64,000 bases of DNA, from positions 2,546,488-2,610,487 of the forward strand of contig NW_003526945.1 of the NCBI RefSeq assembly GCF_000181795.1, written 5' to 3'. The translations under genes were made by a program, and so were the position numbers. The stretch comes from Trichinella spiralis (lineage: Eukaryota). The notes under the pieces were generated by a model, which did no database searches, was not told the origin of the DNA, and was given only the letters and a program-made list of their open reading frames with translations. Shown piece after piece: positions 25,386 to 39,492 of this stretch; position 1 is the first letter of the stretch; the number at the start of each line of letters is the position of its first letter.

Positions 25386-28300
25386 ATGACCATTTTCCAT
25401 TGGGCATTGATAAACGCTTTTGGCGTTTTTCTTCTTGTCAACTCTGTCGATCCACAATTTCGTGTTCGGCCAGGTAATATGATTTTTTATTTTTATTATT
25501 TTCCATAAAAATTAATGCAACTATTGCATTTGGGTAAAATTATACAATTTCCAGAACAATGTATGCCGGTAATACAAGATCAAACGATTAATATCAGAAA
25601 AAGTGATCGAAATGCATTGACAATTTTTGCAAATATGCTAAAGTAATTTGAGCAAAGCTTTGAATCACGCATTCGAGTCTATTTTCATTACGGCTGGGAC
25701 TGTTTTCTGCACATTTCGTGAAATTGACAGTCTAGTGTTAGTTTGAAGCCGCTTGAAAATAAATAGATAGATAACTCGATTCAGCTGTATATATATATTC
25801 AGCTTTATTATCAATTGCCTTCAGGGAACGGTTGTTTAAATGGAAAACGTGGGCGTGGTGGTGGTGGTGGTGATTTGTCGAAAAACGAATAATTACTTTT
25901 GAGGAGATGGTGCATAAATGACCAGTTTTGCATTTTGAAGAGTTTTACATTTTGTTCACTTTCCAAAATTGTCCGAGTATTTCAAGTGGAGCTTAATTTG
26001 ACCATAATCAAGTATTACATAATGTGTCTTCCTGTTTTAATTTATACTCTACTAAAAAGTTTTGTTTGATCTGGTTGTGCTTTTTCAAGCATTAATTTTT
26101 ATTGACTACCTACTTGCAGAACATTGCTCAAATAATAGTGCATTTCCAGTTTCAACACTTTTCAATTTGCATCAACCTTAAGTTGATTTGCCTCTTACGA
26201 GAGTTAAAAAGGAAAAAAAAAGAGGTGTATTTGCATAACAAAAGTACCTTTTTGGAAATGAAAATATTATTATTTTTTTCAGGATTATACCAGTGGATTC
26301 TTATGTCAATAACCATTCGCTATTATTATTAGCAATTTTTGAATTTTATACTGATGCAAATTTCCAAGCTTAACAAATAATTGTTTTCAGAAAACAAAAT
26401 GACAATTTTATTAATTTGCATACAAAAAAAATAAAAAATTCATCTGATCTCTCACATGGTTAATCTTCAATGATTTTTCATATGCTTTATAAACTTCAAA
26501 ATATGAATAATAATATTATTATTAGCATTTTTGAACGCATGTCAAAATCATACTGGATAAGATTGTCTTTATTCGATTATTTAGCGCATGAGAAGAAGTG
26601 CAAGCGTTTTGCTAATTTTAAAAGTCAAGATATGAATGACGATGATCATGATTCCGCGTTTTATTTGCTTTTAGTCAGTCCACTCCTTTGTTCAGTTATA
26701 TGACAAATGATTATTGCTGAACAGCGAAACAAGGAAAACAATTTTCAGCAGAAATAGATAAATAGCAGATGACGATAGGAAATTATTCAAATTTTTTGTT
26801 CTCTGATTAAAAATTTATCATTATGTAAACTTGGTCTGGGGTGAATAAAATGATTCGGTTGAAGTTGTTGATTATGGTATTAATTTTTGGTGGTGGAAAT
26901 ATAAAATTATAAAAAGAATCATTTTTCAATATAATTGACGGAAGCAGGCTTCTTCAGTTCTTGCTTCCGAAGTAAAGAAAGTTGGATAAATTAGAATACT
27001 TTGTTTTCTTGAAATTGATGTTTGGCTGATCCATGGTGCGCATCAAATGTCAATGATAAATTGTTCATTCCGCGTGATAAATGATTCATTCTATCCAAAT
27101 GGCATCGACAGCTTTCTGATTTGATTTTCCATTTAATTAAAGCATAAAGTTATTTTTATATCCAACACAACAATTAGTACATAACAATAAGTGGGTCAGA
27201 TGGAAGTAAAATGTGAAGGTTGTTGTTGACTGAAGTCATCCTTGTGAAAAGCACCCTTTGTTGCAAATTGTTGAATACGTACTAGCCGGAAATGGCTTTG
27301 CCAGTTGCAATCATAAAAGTTCCACAGAAAAATCTGAACGATATTTTAATTCATTTTTCTATTTCTACTGCTACTGTTTCAATAAAATTGAATTTTTATT
27401 CCATCAAATTTATTAGAAATTCAGAAGCATAGTTTAAAAACTATTTACATTTTTTTAAAAGAACTTTTTCTATTTTAAAATGCTTTCTTATTATTCAACT
27501 TTCATTGAACATTGTTGCTATTATTATTATTATTATTATTCATTGAACATAAATTTGTCAGTGAAAATTTCCTTCATCAAATATTTAACAGATGTTTTTA
27601 ACATTCAACAATTGCAACAAAGTAACAAAGAATTTTTTTACATTTAAGTTTCATTTTTAAATCTATTATTATTTGTATTTTTTAAAAAAAAGTTTCAATG
27701 TAAAATCATGAGTTATTTTTCAACTTGTAAAATGAATGTTCTTAAGCATAATGTCCAGTATTATTCGTTCTATAAATAACTGCTAATGGATCGAACAATT
27801 TCGAAGCCGAATTGCTTAAGCTATAACAATGAAACAAGTAGAGCTGAAAATAGATCGTGTAAATCGTTAATGGAAAGATGAATTCAATTTTAACAACTTT
27901 ATAAATGTATAATTGCCAGTTTATTCATAATAAAAAAAATACATTGACGAAGAAGGCAATTCGATTTGCTTTATATGCAGATATGAAAAATGAGAGCAGT
28001 ATTTTTAATTATAAAAGCATTTTTATATCCAAAAGATAATGTGAAATTACTTTGAAATGAAAATAAAGTACTTGATGTCCAATTGACCTTTAAAATCTCA
28101 ACGGAAACTAAGATCTGATATCTGATGATGCGCTCAGTAGAAATTAAACCTTGACCTTTGACCAGATCTACTGGGAACGACCTGGATCAGTTTCAACATC
28201 TCAATTTGTCATGATGAATGGTCTAATTAATAAATATGCTAAAGCAGTATTGATTGATAAAATCTTTGACTGAAAAGATATTCCACTGGCTTTTGCTTTT

Positions 28301-31300
28301 CCCCATGCGAATTGATATTTGTGTGATATGCTAGCAGCTGAAAAGCTGATCAAAGCTGACTAAATAAGTTGTTTTTCTGGAAAACTTTTTGTTAGGGAAA
28401 TTTGTATTGTACTATACAGAGAGGGTCTGTTTATTTCACTAACAGTAATAAAACAGTCCGTCTGGTGAATAAAAAATATATTTAAAGCAAATGATACTAG
28501 TTCACTTATATATTATTATTATTACTTAGAAATACGGTGAAAAGTTCTTAAAATAGTAATACAGTACAAACACATTTGCTTCATTTAATGTGTTTTGAGG
28601 ATATGTTGAAAATTTGTATTATTTTTCAATTCATTATGAAAAAATAAATGTTTTGATTAAACTAAATTGGTACTGGAGTGAATCGAGATTTATAATATTA
28701 TTCACGCCTAATAATCAATAACTACAGTAGTTGTTCTGACACGACACGTATGTATATATAGGTATAGATATAAACAGATATTACCGGCATGTTGTTTTAT
28801 ATTTCTCATCAACATCAACACGGGCACCATTAGTGATGCAATGCTGTTCCGGAAGGAAAAGTCAATTATGTGATAAACATGCTTATCCCAAAAAGAAACA
28901 CCTAAAAATATGTTGCTAATTGTAAATCCACTTCACATTGAAAGAGAATTATTGCATTATTATTGCTTATATCTGTTCAACTTTATCTTTTAGAGCACGT
29001 GTTCAATAAAGGTAATTTGTACTACCGAGTGCTTTTGCTGGATGAAGATGCTAATGCTTTATATGTTGGAGCAATGTGAGTATATTTTTAGCTTGTTGCA
29101 AGTCATCAAGAATTGTAACAATTCATTTCAGGAATTCATTTTACAAACTAAATATGAATGACATAAACTCCACACTGTTACGTGACAAGGTGAATATTTT
29201 AAAATAACTTTTATGCTAATGAAAATAGATAATAAACACTTTCTGTTTATTAAATATTAATTTACCTCGTTTCTAGTTTGGTGAATTTGAGTTGAAACCT
29301 ACCACTGAAGCATTAGCTTTGTGTAGTGTTCGGACGAGAGATCAGGTATTTTAAAAATTACATTGTGCAATTCTAAAAGTATAAATATTTTTTCAGGAAC
29401 TAAAGTGTCAAAATCATGTCAAACTGGTGATCAAACGTTCCGATGGAACGTTATATCTCTGCAGTACAAATGCACTCAATCCAACTATAAGCATACTTGA
29501 TGTAATAAAAGTTTATTTTCCACTTTGAACAGTTGTAAAGCATTCTTATTTTAGAGCACAACTTTGCACGTGCATGAAACGGGCAGCAGTGGGGCTGCAA
29601 TATGTCCTAGCGATCCGGATGATTTTGGAGCCGCTGTCTGGATAGGTGCATTTGAATATGTTGAACATGGTAGAAATTAATTTTTCAATTAATGTTTTTT
29701 ACAGAGCACGGAAATCCTGGAAAAATTCCTTCCATTTATTCTGCAACAGCAACGGATTACACTGGTGCCAATCGTGTTATATACCGACCTCCCTTGTTAA
29801 ATGAAAGAGGCGACATGATGCATCCGTATATGAGTACCGCTCATACGGATTCAAAATGGTTGAAAGGTATTTTTTACATTCGCAAGCATAATCTTTGCTA
29901 ATTTTATTTTTGTTCAAGAGCCGAATTTTGTTGCTGCATTTGACGTTGGAGATGGGTATGTGTATTATTTTTTTCGAGAGCTCGCTGTAGAATACATGTC
30001 TTGCGGAACGGTTATTTATTCACGAGTTGGGCGTATATGCAAAGTATTTGAATTTTTCATTTTTTATTTAACTTTTTAAAAATAATATATTAAATTATAG
30101 TCTGATACTGGTGGTAGAAACTTGCTGAAGCAAACATGGACTTCATTTTTTAAAGCTCGTCTAAACTGCTCTATATCCGGAGAATTTCCATTTTACTTCA
30201 ATGAAATTCGTAAGAGAATGAGCATGTATATTTTTATAGATTTATTTCAAATTTTTTATATTTAAGAGGATGTTTATAAAGTATCTGGAAGTAATCAAGA
30301 AACATTGTTTTATGCTACATTTTCTACTGGAGAAAATGGATTTTCCGGAAGTGCAATTTGCGTGTATACATTGTCTGAAATCAAAGCTGTATTCGACAGT
30401 AGCCCGTTTAAAGGACAAGTCTCACCCTTGCATGTTTGGCAAGCACTTCCTTCTACAGAAACGCCGACTCCACGACCTGGACAAGTGAGATAATTTTTGT
30501 TAAATCTTCCCAATGACATGATGTTGCCATAAATTTAAGCAGGTTGAGCGTGGCTGTAGTTGTGTTTTTAAAAACATTTTAAGATTTTAAAATGTTTGCA
30601 TACAGTCTCCATTGATTGCATGGTTAATTAAAGGCTAAACATATTTCCTGTTATTTTTTAAGTGCGTTCGTGATTCGAAGACATTGTCAGATACTACGTT
30701 ACATTTTGTGAAAACCCATACATTGATGGACAGAGCTGTATCACATCAAAATAATAAATTTCGAAGTCCTGAAGGACCACTGTTCTATAGAAAAGACGTG
30801 ATTTTGCAAAAATTAGTTGTTGATATTGTTGTCGGTGAAGATAGCTCTTATCCTGTCATTTACGCAGCATCAAGTAAAAATTTTTACTGAAATGTAAATT
30901 TATATATTAACAATGCATTACTACTTTAGATAATGGAAAACTTTTTAAAATTGTTTCATGGCATGACGCTCACAGCTATGTGCAAGCAAATGTTGTCGCT
31001 GTATACAAGCTTAGGCATGAAGAACCAGTTCATGCAATGCAGATACTTCCTGTAATCATATAATAATATTAATTTTTATATGCAAATTTAATGCAGACTT
31101 TTTAGGGCCAGTATTTATATATAGCTCAGGATGTAGAAGTTTCACAAATCGAACTTCCACAATGTCATTTATACAAATCGTGCATATTGTGCGCTCAAGA
31201 TCCTTATTGTGCTTGGCATTCAATCCGACAGCAGTGCCATCGTTATCGAACTTCCTACCGTGATGAGTAAGTGCACTGTTGAGCAGTCAAAGAAAGAAAA

Positions 31301-32031
31301 ATATTAGTTGTGCATATTTTACAGATGGATAAAAATATCATCTGCTGATCCTCTGAAACCTAGCTGTGTTGAAGCAACGCGTCGTTTTACAAGGCTTCTT
31401 TATCCAGGTGATTCAATCAGCTTGACGTGTCACCAAAAGATACCTAACAGTGCTGAAGAACGGTTGGATGCAATTTGGATGTTCAATAACCGAACTCTTG
31501 ATCTTTCTGATTCAAAATTTTTGCTAACTGTAGAAAATGGATTGGTTATTGTGAACGTAAAATGACTTGATTATTCATTTTTTACTTAAAATTTGAAACT
31601 TTAAATTATTAATAATATTTTCAGATTACCAAAGATTATTCAGGCTTGTATGAATGTGTTCAACAGAAAAACAAGCTGGTCTCATATCAGATATTTGTTG
31701 ACGACAGTACTGAATATTGTTTTTTATAATTTTAAAATATTTAAAAATTCATTTGTTGTGTATTTTTAGAAAATTGTCAGAAACCTCACAGTATACAAGA
31801 ATTTAATGCAGTTTATCGTGAATGGTGCCGTGAATTTCAAGAATACAAACTTACCATGTCTAGGTGGAAAAAGTGGTATGAGCAAAACGTAAGTTTCAGC
31901 ACTCATGAATAAAATAAAATAATAAAAAATAATATTTATTTCAGTTGCAATGTAGTGACAGCAGTGATCGTCGACGATTAGCTCAAGATCACGAGTTGAA
32001 AAGTAATAGACTTGTTCAAGTGCACAGATGA
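25386..32031 (+). CDS. mab-20: Secreted semaphorin class 2 (Sema-2a/MAB-20-like): signal peptide, Sema, PSI and Ig domains
   Basis: Exon 1 [20 protein letters not shown] (25386-25473), then a 3.5-kb intron. [96 protein letters not shown], Ig domain (YSGLYEC), C-terminal [12 protein letters not shown]; no transmembrane segment. Confidence 0.95.
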
Positions 32032-33415
32032 AAATGTATATATATATATATATATATAATTTAAGTTTATTTTTGCAAAAACAAATGCCCGTCCTGAACA
32101 TTCCATTGTCATATTTGAAATGTGAAATTTTGCTATTTTTGTACAAAGCTTTGTTTTGAACAATCGTTGTTTAACTACTTTTACGCTAACCGCTTTAAAA
32201 AATTGTAAAATTTAGTTGATGGTGTGCTTCATGTAAAATTGTAACAATTTGGTGAAATATAAAAAATCAATTATATATATATAATAATTTATTTGAGAGA
32301 AAGTGAACGCTATTGTTGAAACAAATTCGAAATACTTAATTCCTTTTATGGTTTTATTTACATAACTCCATTATTGATGTTGTTAATTGATTAACAATTT
32401 CAAGTTAACTTTCCAACACGTATTAAAACTGCATTTAACTAGAACTAAATTGTGCATTCACTTGCGACAGTTTTAGTAACAAATTTCACAGTATTTACGC
32501 ATAACATTTTAAAATACTTTGAGGACAATTCTGCCAAACTTTCGTACTTAATTTTCATTAACAATGATAAGAAGATATGGTATGTCTAATAGCACTATAA
32601 AAATGTTTGAAATTATATATTTCTTCTGAATGCAAATGAAATGGAAGACTGAAGTGCAAAGAATTAAAATCCTTTTGGCATAGTTTATCCAAGAGAAAGT
32701 AAGTCGATTACTTCAACTGCACAATACTGTTCTGTTGTTGAACACACCATTCACCTTAAGTTAAAAATACAATCACTTTAATGAAACGAAAAGCTAAACG
32801 ATTTGAACAAGTCTTTAAACGAAAATAAATTTAAATTTTGCTTATAAAAGAATCAATTATTGAAGAAAATGTCACAGCTATAGCTTTCATGAAATTATTA
32901 TAGTTTTCCCTCAATATTCGTGGTATATCTTTTCCGGTGGTACCGCGAATACATGTCTCTTCAATTCATACGGCCCGCTTATGCCTTATAGCCAGTCTTG
33001 CGCAATTGCTTAAAACCTTCATGGGATATCACAGGACTTATACTGATTTGCATATTTAGTATTTATTCCATAATTATTTTTTTTAAATTCATTCGATTGA
33101 GTGCATAGCCGTCTAAATTGTGGGTATGTTCCTGCGTGCAAGCTTACCCGAGTGGATGGATTGGCCGGTGCATATGTTTTAAAAAACATTGTCATCGAAA
33201 GTTGTTCCTGACTTTTTTCTTCATTTATTCCAAAATTCGCTCCGACCTATAACAAACAGAGAGACGAAAACAGTAAATAGGAAGACCAAAACTCAGTATA
33301 AAACGAAAACTGCTGCTTAGCAAACTAACAATACATGAACAGTATGCAAGCATAAGCCACTGTAAGCGCATTATGCATTACGTCATTACTCAAATATTGC
33401 ATTATTCTGACTATA

Positions 33416-33725
33416 TGTTGGACCGTGCTAGCCTGGGAGCGCAGTTCTGCGCTTCCATACATGTCTAGACGAGTTGCCAAGCTTAAAATCAATTCAGGAA
33501 TTGTGCGACTGAAGCTTCGCAAACCGACCGCCCCCCCCCCTCTCCTACCACGTTCGCAGCGTCCCTTTTTGCTTCACCCTAATCTTTGTTTACCTTAGCA
33601 TTAGCAGCGGTTAATTAGCATCCCAGTTTCGTAAAGTCGTTATCGCTACATTCGGCTTTTCATCTACATCGCTGACCGCTGCTCTGAACGAGACCTTCCG
33701 TTAATGTCCATCGATACGCTTGATA
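33416..33725 (-). mobile_element. Possible truncated LTR or transposon remnant
   Basis: GC-elevated non-coding block with a TGTTGG terminus at 33416 (the same terminus as the 53-kb LTR) and a C10 tract. No matching second terminus or TSD was found. Confidence 0.25.
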
Positions 33726-34311
33726 AAGAACTAGATAATTTTCACTTATTGCTGTGCATCTTGGAAATGAAATCTTGGAATCTGTGCATTATCACAAATT
33801 GGCGAATGTTGAGGGCAAACTGTATTATTATCAAATGTTTCTATTTTGGATTTAAAAGTAACAGTAAGAGACATACTAATAAAGGCATGTGTTTGGGGTT
33901 GAAATAATAAAATGATCACGTTATTAACAAATTTTGTCATTATCAATTTCAGTTTATTGAAAATTCTCGATAATGCTTACTGTTAGCCGTAATGTTGACT
34001 GCATTAGGCATTTTTTTCAAAGCTACAAAGTCAACTTTAAGCATAAATATGTATACAATAATAATAATAATAATAACTGTATAAACATTTCATTAAACAT
34101 ATATAATTAGTGTTGAGCAACTATCAACAATGAATTAATAAAAGTCTGGGACTTTAATTCTTGAAACGGCTCCTTTATTTCTTCATTCAACGCTATCAAA
34201 TTCAATTTATTTAATTAACGACAAAACAGCCAGCAGCAAATTTTTTTTAATACACTGCAAAGACTGATGACATACATACGGAGAATTTTTGTTAATTAAC
34301 AAATTTCCTTT

Positions 34312-35013
34312 TCAAGGGAATAACAAATTATTAACGATGTCCGCGCTTCTTTTTACCACGAGCTTGTTTATTAGCAGGCGCTGATTCCTGATTCGGAAGA
34401 TTAGAACGAGTTTGACGGGACTTCAGCTTTGGTATCAACGAAGCTGCGTAAATAAATACTGCTTCACCTGTTCAATAAATATTAACCATGAAATATTAAT
34501 TTAAAAAATGTCCTCATATGGAAACCAACGATTCGGTAAATCAGGATTAACTGGCCTGCCATCGGCATGTTTCAGCTGAAAGCGCACGCAACCTTGAAAC
34601 TGCAAATCTCGCTGCGACTCGCGTGGATGCATTTTTTTCTTAGTAGATAAAAATTCCATGAAACATGTGGATGTTTTCATTATATTCTTACTTCTAATTT
34701 CACATTAAAGGCAGCGTTCTTAAGAATTTCATAAATTTCTTGAGAAGTTGGATTTTCAACAGCCTGAATAGTATGACTACTTTTAGTAATGATAACTAAA
34801 CAAAATAAACATACTTTCGCTAATGGAATTCGGCGGCCTTGTCTGAGAGTACGCTTCACATTTATGTATACCGGATAGAAACTAGCCCATCTAAAATCGT
34901 AATAAAACAGTATTACAGTATATATACATGCTACTGAAGTGAACATAACTATAATGATAGTAAATTCAAAAGAATTACCTTGCTTCGTTGTCGGATGCAA
35001 GTCGGTCGTACAT
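34312..35013 (-). CDS. SRP19: Signal recognition particle 19 kDa protein, 5 exons
   Basis: MYDRLASDNEAR|WASFYPVYINVKRTLRQGRRIPLAK|AVENPTSQEI..|KKMHPRESQRDLQFQGCVRFQLKHADG..|EAVFIYAASLIPKLKSRQ. Confidence 0.95.
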
Positions 35014-35800
35014 GACGACAAAACTATTTCTGCAACCAACAAACAAAAATTACGGTTACAGTAATCCAAGAAATTCAAATATAATCAATACTTAATTATA
35101 AAAACATTGAAGATGGAATTTACGCCAGTGAGTTTATAGAAATTAAAAATTGTACTTTTTAAATAAAATAATTATTTTAGGCACAATTATTTCTGTAATC
35201 ATATGAAATATATTTCAATTTACGACGTGTGAAACCGAGAAACATAAATTAAAAAATAATATAGCTTGAAATTTACCAATTATTATAAAAAGTAATCTTA
35301 ATAATGTAATGTAAAGTCATTGCAATAAAGATGTGTACAACGTGCAGCTGCAGATCTTTGCATAATGATAGCAATTGCAATTTTTACGTTTATATTGATT
35401 CATAATTATATAATTTGGACAGTTTTATTTTTTCAAACTTAATAATATAATAAATCAATCAGTATTCCGTGTGACTTTAAAAATGAAGTATAACTGATTG
35501 TTCCTACTTTTCTTTACTATCTTACTGTATATAAACACCAGTAGTGTGTGATCTTATTTACACCCGATGTAGTTTTTTTTTTTCATCAGCCTATTATTAT
35601 CTTAGTTCCTTGCCAATGCTTGTTTGTTTTCATGCACTGTTTTCTATTTGAAATATACAATAAGAAATTTTTATGCATTGTTTCGCTTCATATATTACAT
35701 TGTTTTTCACTGTGAAATATTTGTTTTATTCGTTATTGATTTTATTTTTACTATTTTTAAAATCTTTATTTTCATTTTTTATACTAATTTCAGCATTGAA

Positions 35801-37012
35801 ATGGGATGTGATGGTGGAACAATACCAAAGCGTTGTGAACTTGTGAAAACAAAGAAGAAAGAAACGAAGGTATATTGTTATTCGATAGAGAAATTGATTC
35901 TGAAAACTTTTTACTGATAGTTTAGGTTGAACGGGATGAAAAAGCGGCAGCTCGATGGAAACACTGCGCGCTGACTCAACAACCTTTGAAGGCACCCATA
36001 GTGGCGTGTCGGTTGGGAAGGTATTTATTCAAGTATAATTGAAATTTTATATTCTAATTAAAACTTGTTACTGTTAGACTTTACAATAAAGAAGCAGTTA
36101 TCGAAGCTTTGTTGAAACGAAAAGAAGCACCAGTGGAAGGATTGAACCACATTTCTTCATTAAAGGTATTCAACTTTAAATGTATTGATTTTTATTTTAT
36201 AATTTTAATTTTGTTTGTATAATTTTTAGGATGTGAAAGAATTGAAGCTGACGAAAAATCCTGCATATGATGAGAAAAAAGCGGACAAAGGTGGTGAATA
36301 CGCAGATTTGAAAAGTGCCGCTTACATATGCCCAGTTTCAGGACTTGAAATGAATGGAATTTATCGGTAAAATTATTTACTGGTTTTTGAATGTTCGAAA
36401 ATAATTTTTTTGATTTTGCAGCTTTTGTTTCCTATGGTCTTGCGGTTGCGTTCTGTCGGAAAAATGTTTCAAAGAAATAGAAGGACAAAACTGTCATAAT
36501 GTAAGTTCATTGCCGTTGGATATTCAAATATTCAGTTTTTATATTTAGTGCAATATGCCATTTACTGCGGCAGATAAAATAGTGTTGTACGGAACTGATG
36601 AAGAAATAGAAAAGTACCGTGAAAGCATAAATAAGAAAACTCTGAAGAAAAGAATGAAATCTTCTAAAGTTTCAGTTGGTAAGTGCATTTAATAATTTGA
36701 TTTTGTTCAATTAATATTGTTAAATGATAGTCTTCTAATAGCATAAAATGAATATAATGCATGTGAATTTATATTTCAGGTACTGAAGCTGGAACTAGTG
36801 GTTTGACGGTTTCTCAGAGTGAAGCCAACAACAGTAATGTGAATTCAGTCAAGCAGTCTGCATTTGCCGAAAATGACGTGAAACGGAAAAAGATGAGTAT
36901 TCAAGACGATCCCAAAGCAAGCAAGGTTTACAAATCATTGTTTACTACAAGTGATGCCGGCAAAGCGCAACCTCGCGGACACTGGGTTACGTATAATCCA
37001 TTATATTTTTAG
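35801..37012 (+). CDS. RTF2: Replication termination factor 2 (Rtf2 RING-like), 7 exons
   Basis: MGCDGGTIPKRCELVK, WKHCALTQQPL..PIVACRLGRLYNKEAVIE, YICPVSGLEMNGIY, FLWSCGCVLSE, SKVYKSLFTTS, HWVTYNPLYF. Confidence 0.96.
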
Positions 37013-37823
37013 TATTTTAAACTGCTTTTGAATGTCCACGTTACGTTATTTATTGTGTATACAGTTTTGCACAGAAAGTTATGTGTAAATTTCATATGAT
37101 TTAAATTTGAAGTGATGACAGTAACGGATGTTTGTTTACTTCTTACTGTTTACTTTCGCTGTATTGTTCACATCACTCCTGATAACCAACCACGTGATGC
37201 GTATAAATTGTCTGATAATACGAATTAAACAGGTCAAAAAACTATTTTTCGTTGGTTGATTGAGGAAAAACAATGCCTTATAAATAACGACGTCTTTTTA
37301 TTATTGTTCAAGTTGTTGTGTGGAAAGTAAATATTTAATGAAGATTCCGAGCAGAAATTACTTGTAAAATAAATGAGTGCGACAACAGAATGCAACATTT
37401 GACTTGTTAAACAATTTAATGACACATTTATCTTAACATTTCTTGTGTTTGGTTTGGCAGTGCAATTGAAATGAGTTGAAAGAAAAAACATGGCCTTCAT
37501 CCATACTGTAGATTTTTTATGGATTAGAATGTACATCACAATATGATTCGAAATATGCGCCAAAATCGTAGTAGAGTTGAAATTGACGAAAATAGGAATA
37601 CAATTTTCAAGGGATGTACTTAAATAATACGAACAGAAATGAAATTAATAGAGCAATCATAAATCATTGTATTTAATTGTCAAGTTAGTAAGCGAAACTT
37701 AGTCAGCTATATTTCAAAGGGGAGATTTTTGAATTGAAAAATACAATCGAAGACTATAATCTCAGTATCCACGTGCATTGTAAAATACTGAATAAAAAAC
37801 AAACAATCTACATAAGAAAATAA

Positions 37824-39492
37824 TTACAGAAACGATACACCAGCACCAACTTGCAATCCACGATGTATTCTGTCTTCAATTTGATATTCCAAAGGGAAAC
37901 AATAGTTGATTTCAATTCGACAAAAGCTGCCAATTTTGAACAACAGACCCATGCCGACACTGCTGCGACGCCGTCCGGCGCTCAATTCTTTGACAAGTTT
38001 CGACAATTCCAAATTAACAGGAGCATACCAGAGGCTGCCAACCGCAGCGAAAGCATGCGCGTATAGAAAGTCGCCGAAAATTCGTCGATAAAGATGCGTA
38101 ACAAAGCATATACTACTAGACCCTCCTAAACAGTTGCCGTTGGTTTGACATCCAATACAATTTGGTACGAATCCCCTCAAATTCTGCGAACCGCCAAGAA
38201 ATATCCTATCCATGCAAAGCAACGTTCTTGGAGAATTGGCTATAACGTGATTGAATGAAAAACTGTTTGCGTTGATCAAATTGAATGGCAGTTGAAAATT
38301 AGCCTTCAAATCTAAACTGTGACGAATGAAATTCACATCCCCCGCACCGCCGGCCAATTCTTGACTCAGCTTGAAAAAGCTGCCTGACGTCGGCATTAGC
38401 ATATTATTTAACGTGCAATAGATCAGAGAATTTTCAACGCTATTCTTCACACTGTGTCCGGCATGTTCTCTAATTAGAAACACATCCGACGAAGTTTTGA
38501 AATGACGCCAACAATTAATCAGACATAAACTATAAATCCAGTTCTTCCACAGACGATGTCTCAGTTCAATACTGGCGCCAACGTCGCTCGAAATTCCATT
38601 ACACTGAGACAGAGGTCTCACTTTGCGGTAAACATTAAACCGCATACCGCTGTTCAAAACTGACAAAAATGGCTTGGCAAAGTCAAAATCGAACATCGCC
38701 TTCAATTCTTGACAAACAGATATGGAAGTTTTCAACAATTCTCCGCTGCCAAATGCATTCCTGCATGCCAGCTGCATATAGCTATTAGTTTCATTTATAC
38801 TATTAATTCCAGCACCTGCGTGAAGCTAAAAATATAATAATCATAATAATATGTGAAACTTTCATTGATCTGTCAATTTGGAAATTTTACAACCGTGTGA
38901 CAACTAATCTGTCCTAAAATGACCTGTTTGAAAACTTGAAACTTATCACAATACACAGCAGAATACGTCGTGTAAAAGGCATCACTTTATACGTATCACT
39001 TAATGCTTACTTATTGAATTATTTTACTGAATAGTTCCAATTTCGCTTCTTACTTGCTTAATAAACGTAAAAAACATACACTGACATTACCAAAAAGCGT
39101 TTCGGCTCTGTAACCTTCATAATAACGTTTACACCGTTGAATGTCTTATTGCTAGCAGTAACATGTATAGAAATGTCTTCAAACATAGATATATCTTCCA
39201 TATATTTTTTAAGTGTTACAGCTCGATTTGCGAGGTCTTTCAAATTGGATGCGGAAAAAAGATGCGAACACAATGACACAAGGGCACTGTGCTTCGTCTT
39301 CCAAACACCGTCAAAAATGACTTGTTCCAATATAATTTTTTCTTTGAGAATTTTCTCCGCATTTGGCTCTTTTCCTGTGAATACCATTCTGAAATATCGA
39401 CTTCAACGTTCAAATTGTCCATTAAAATTATTTATTTGAAAATATTTGAGAATATAAAATAAAATGTACCTGCGCTTTATTTCGTCTTTCAT
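37824..39492 (-). CDS. SAMM50: Mitochondrial sorting and assembly machinery component Sam50 (Omp85 family), 3 exons
   Basis: POTRA-like exon (VIFDGVWKTK), RNAFGSGE, QELAGGAGDVNF, DRIFLGGSQNLRGF, SVGMGL...RIEINYCFPL, C-terminal beta-signal LQVGAGVSFL. Confidence 0.93.

Noticed and set aside
33565..33600. CCCTAA as a telomerase RNA template, or SRP RNA next to SRP19
   Set aside because: Only a single repeat unit is present, and no SRP helix-8 or Alu-domain motifs were found on either strand.
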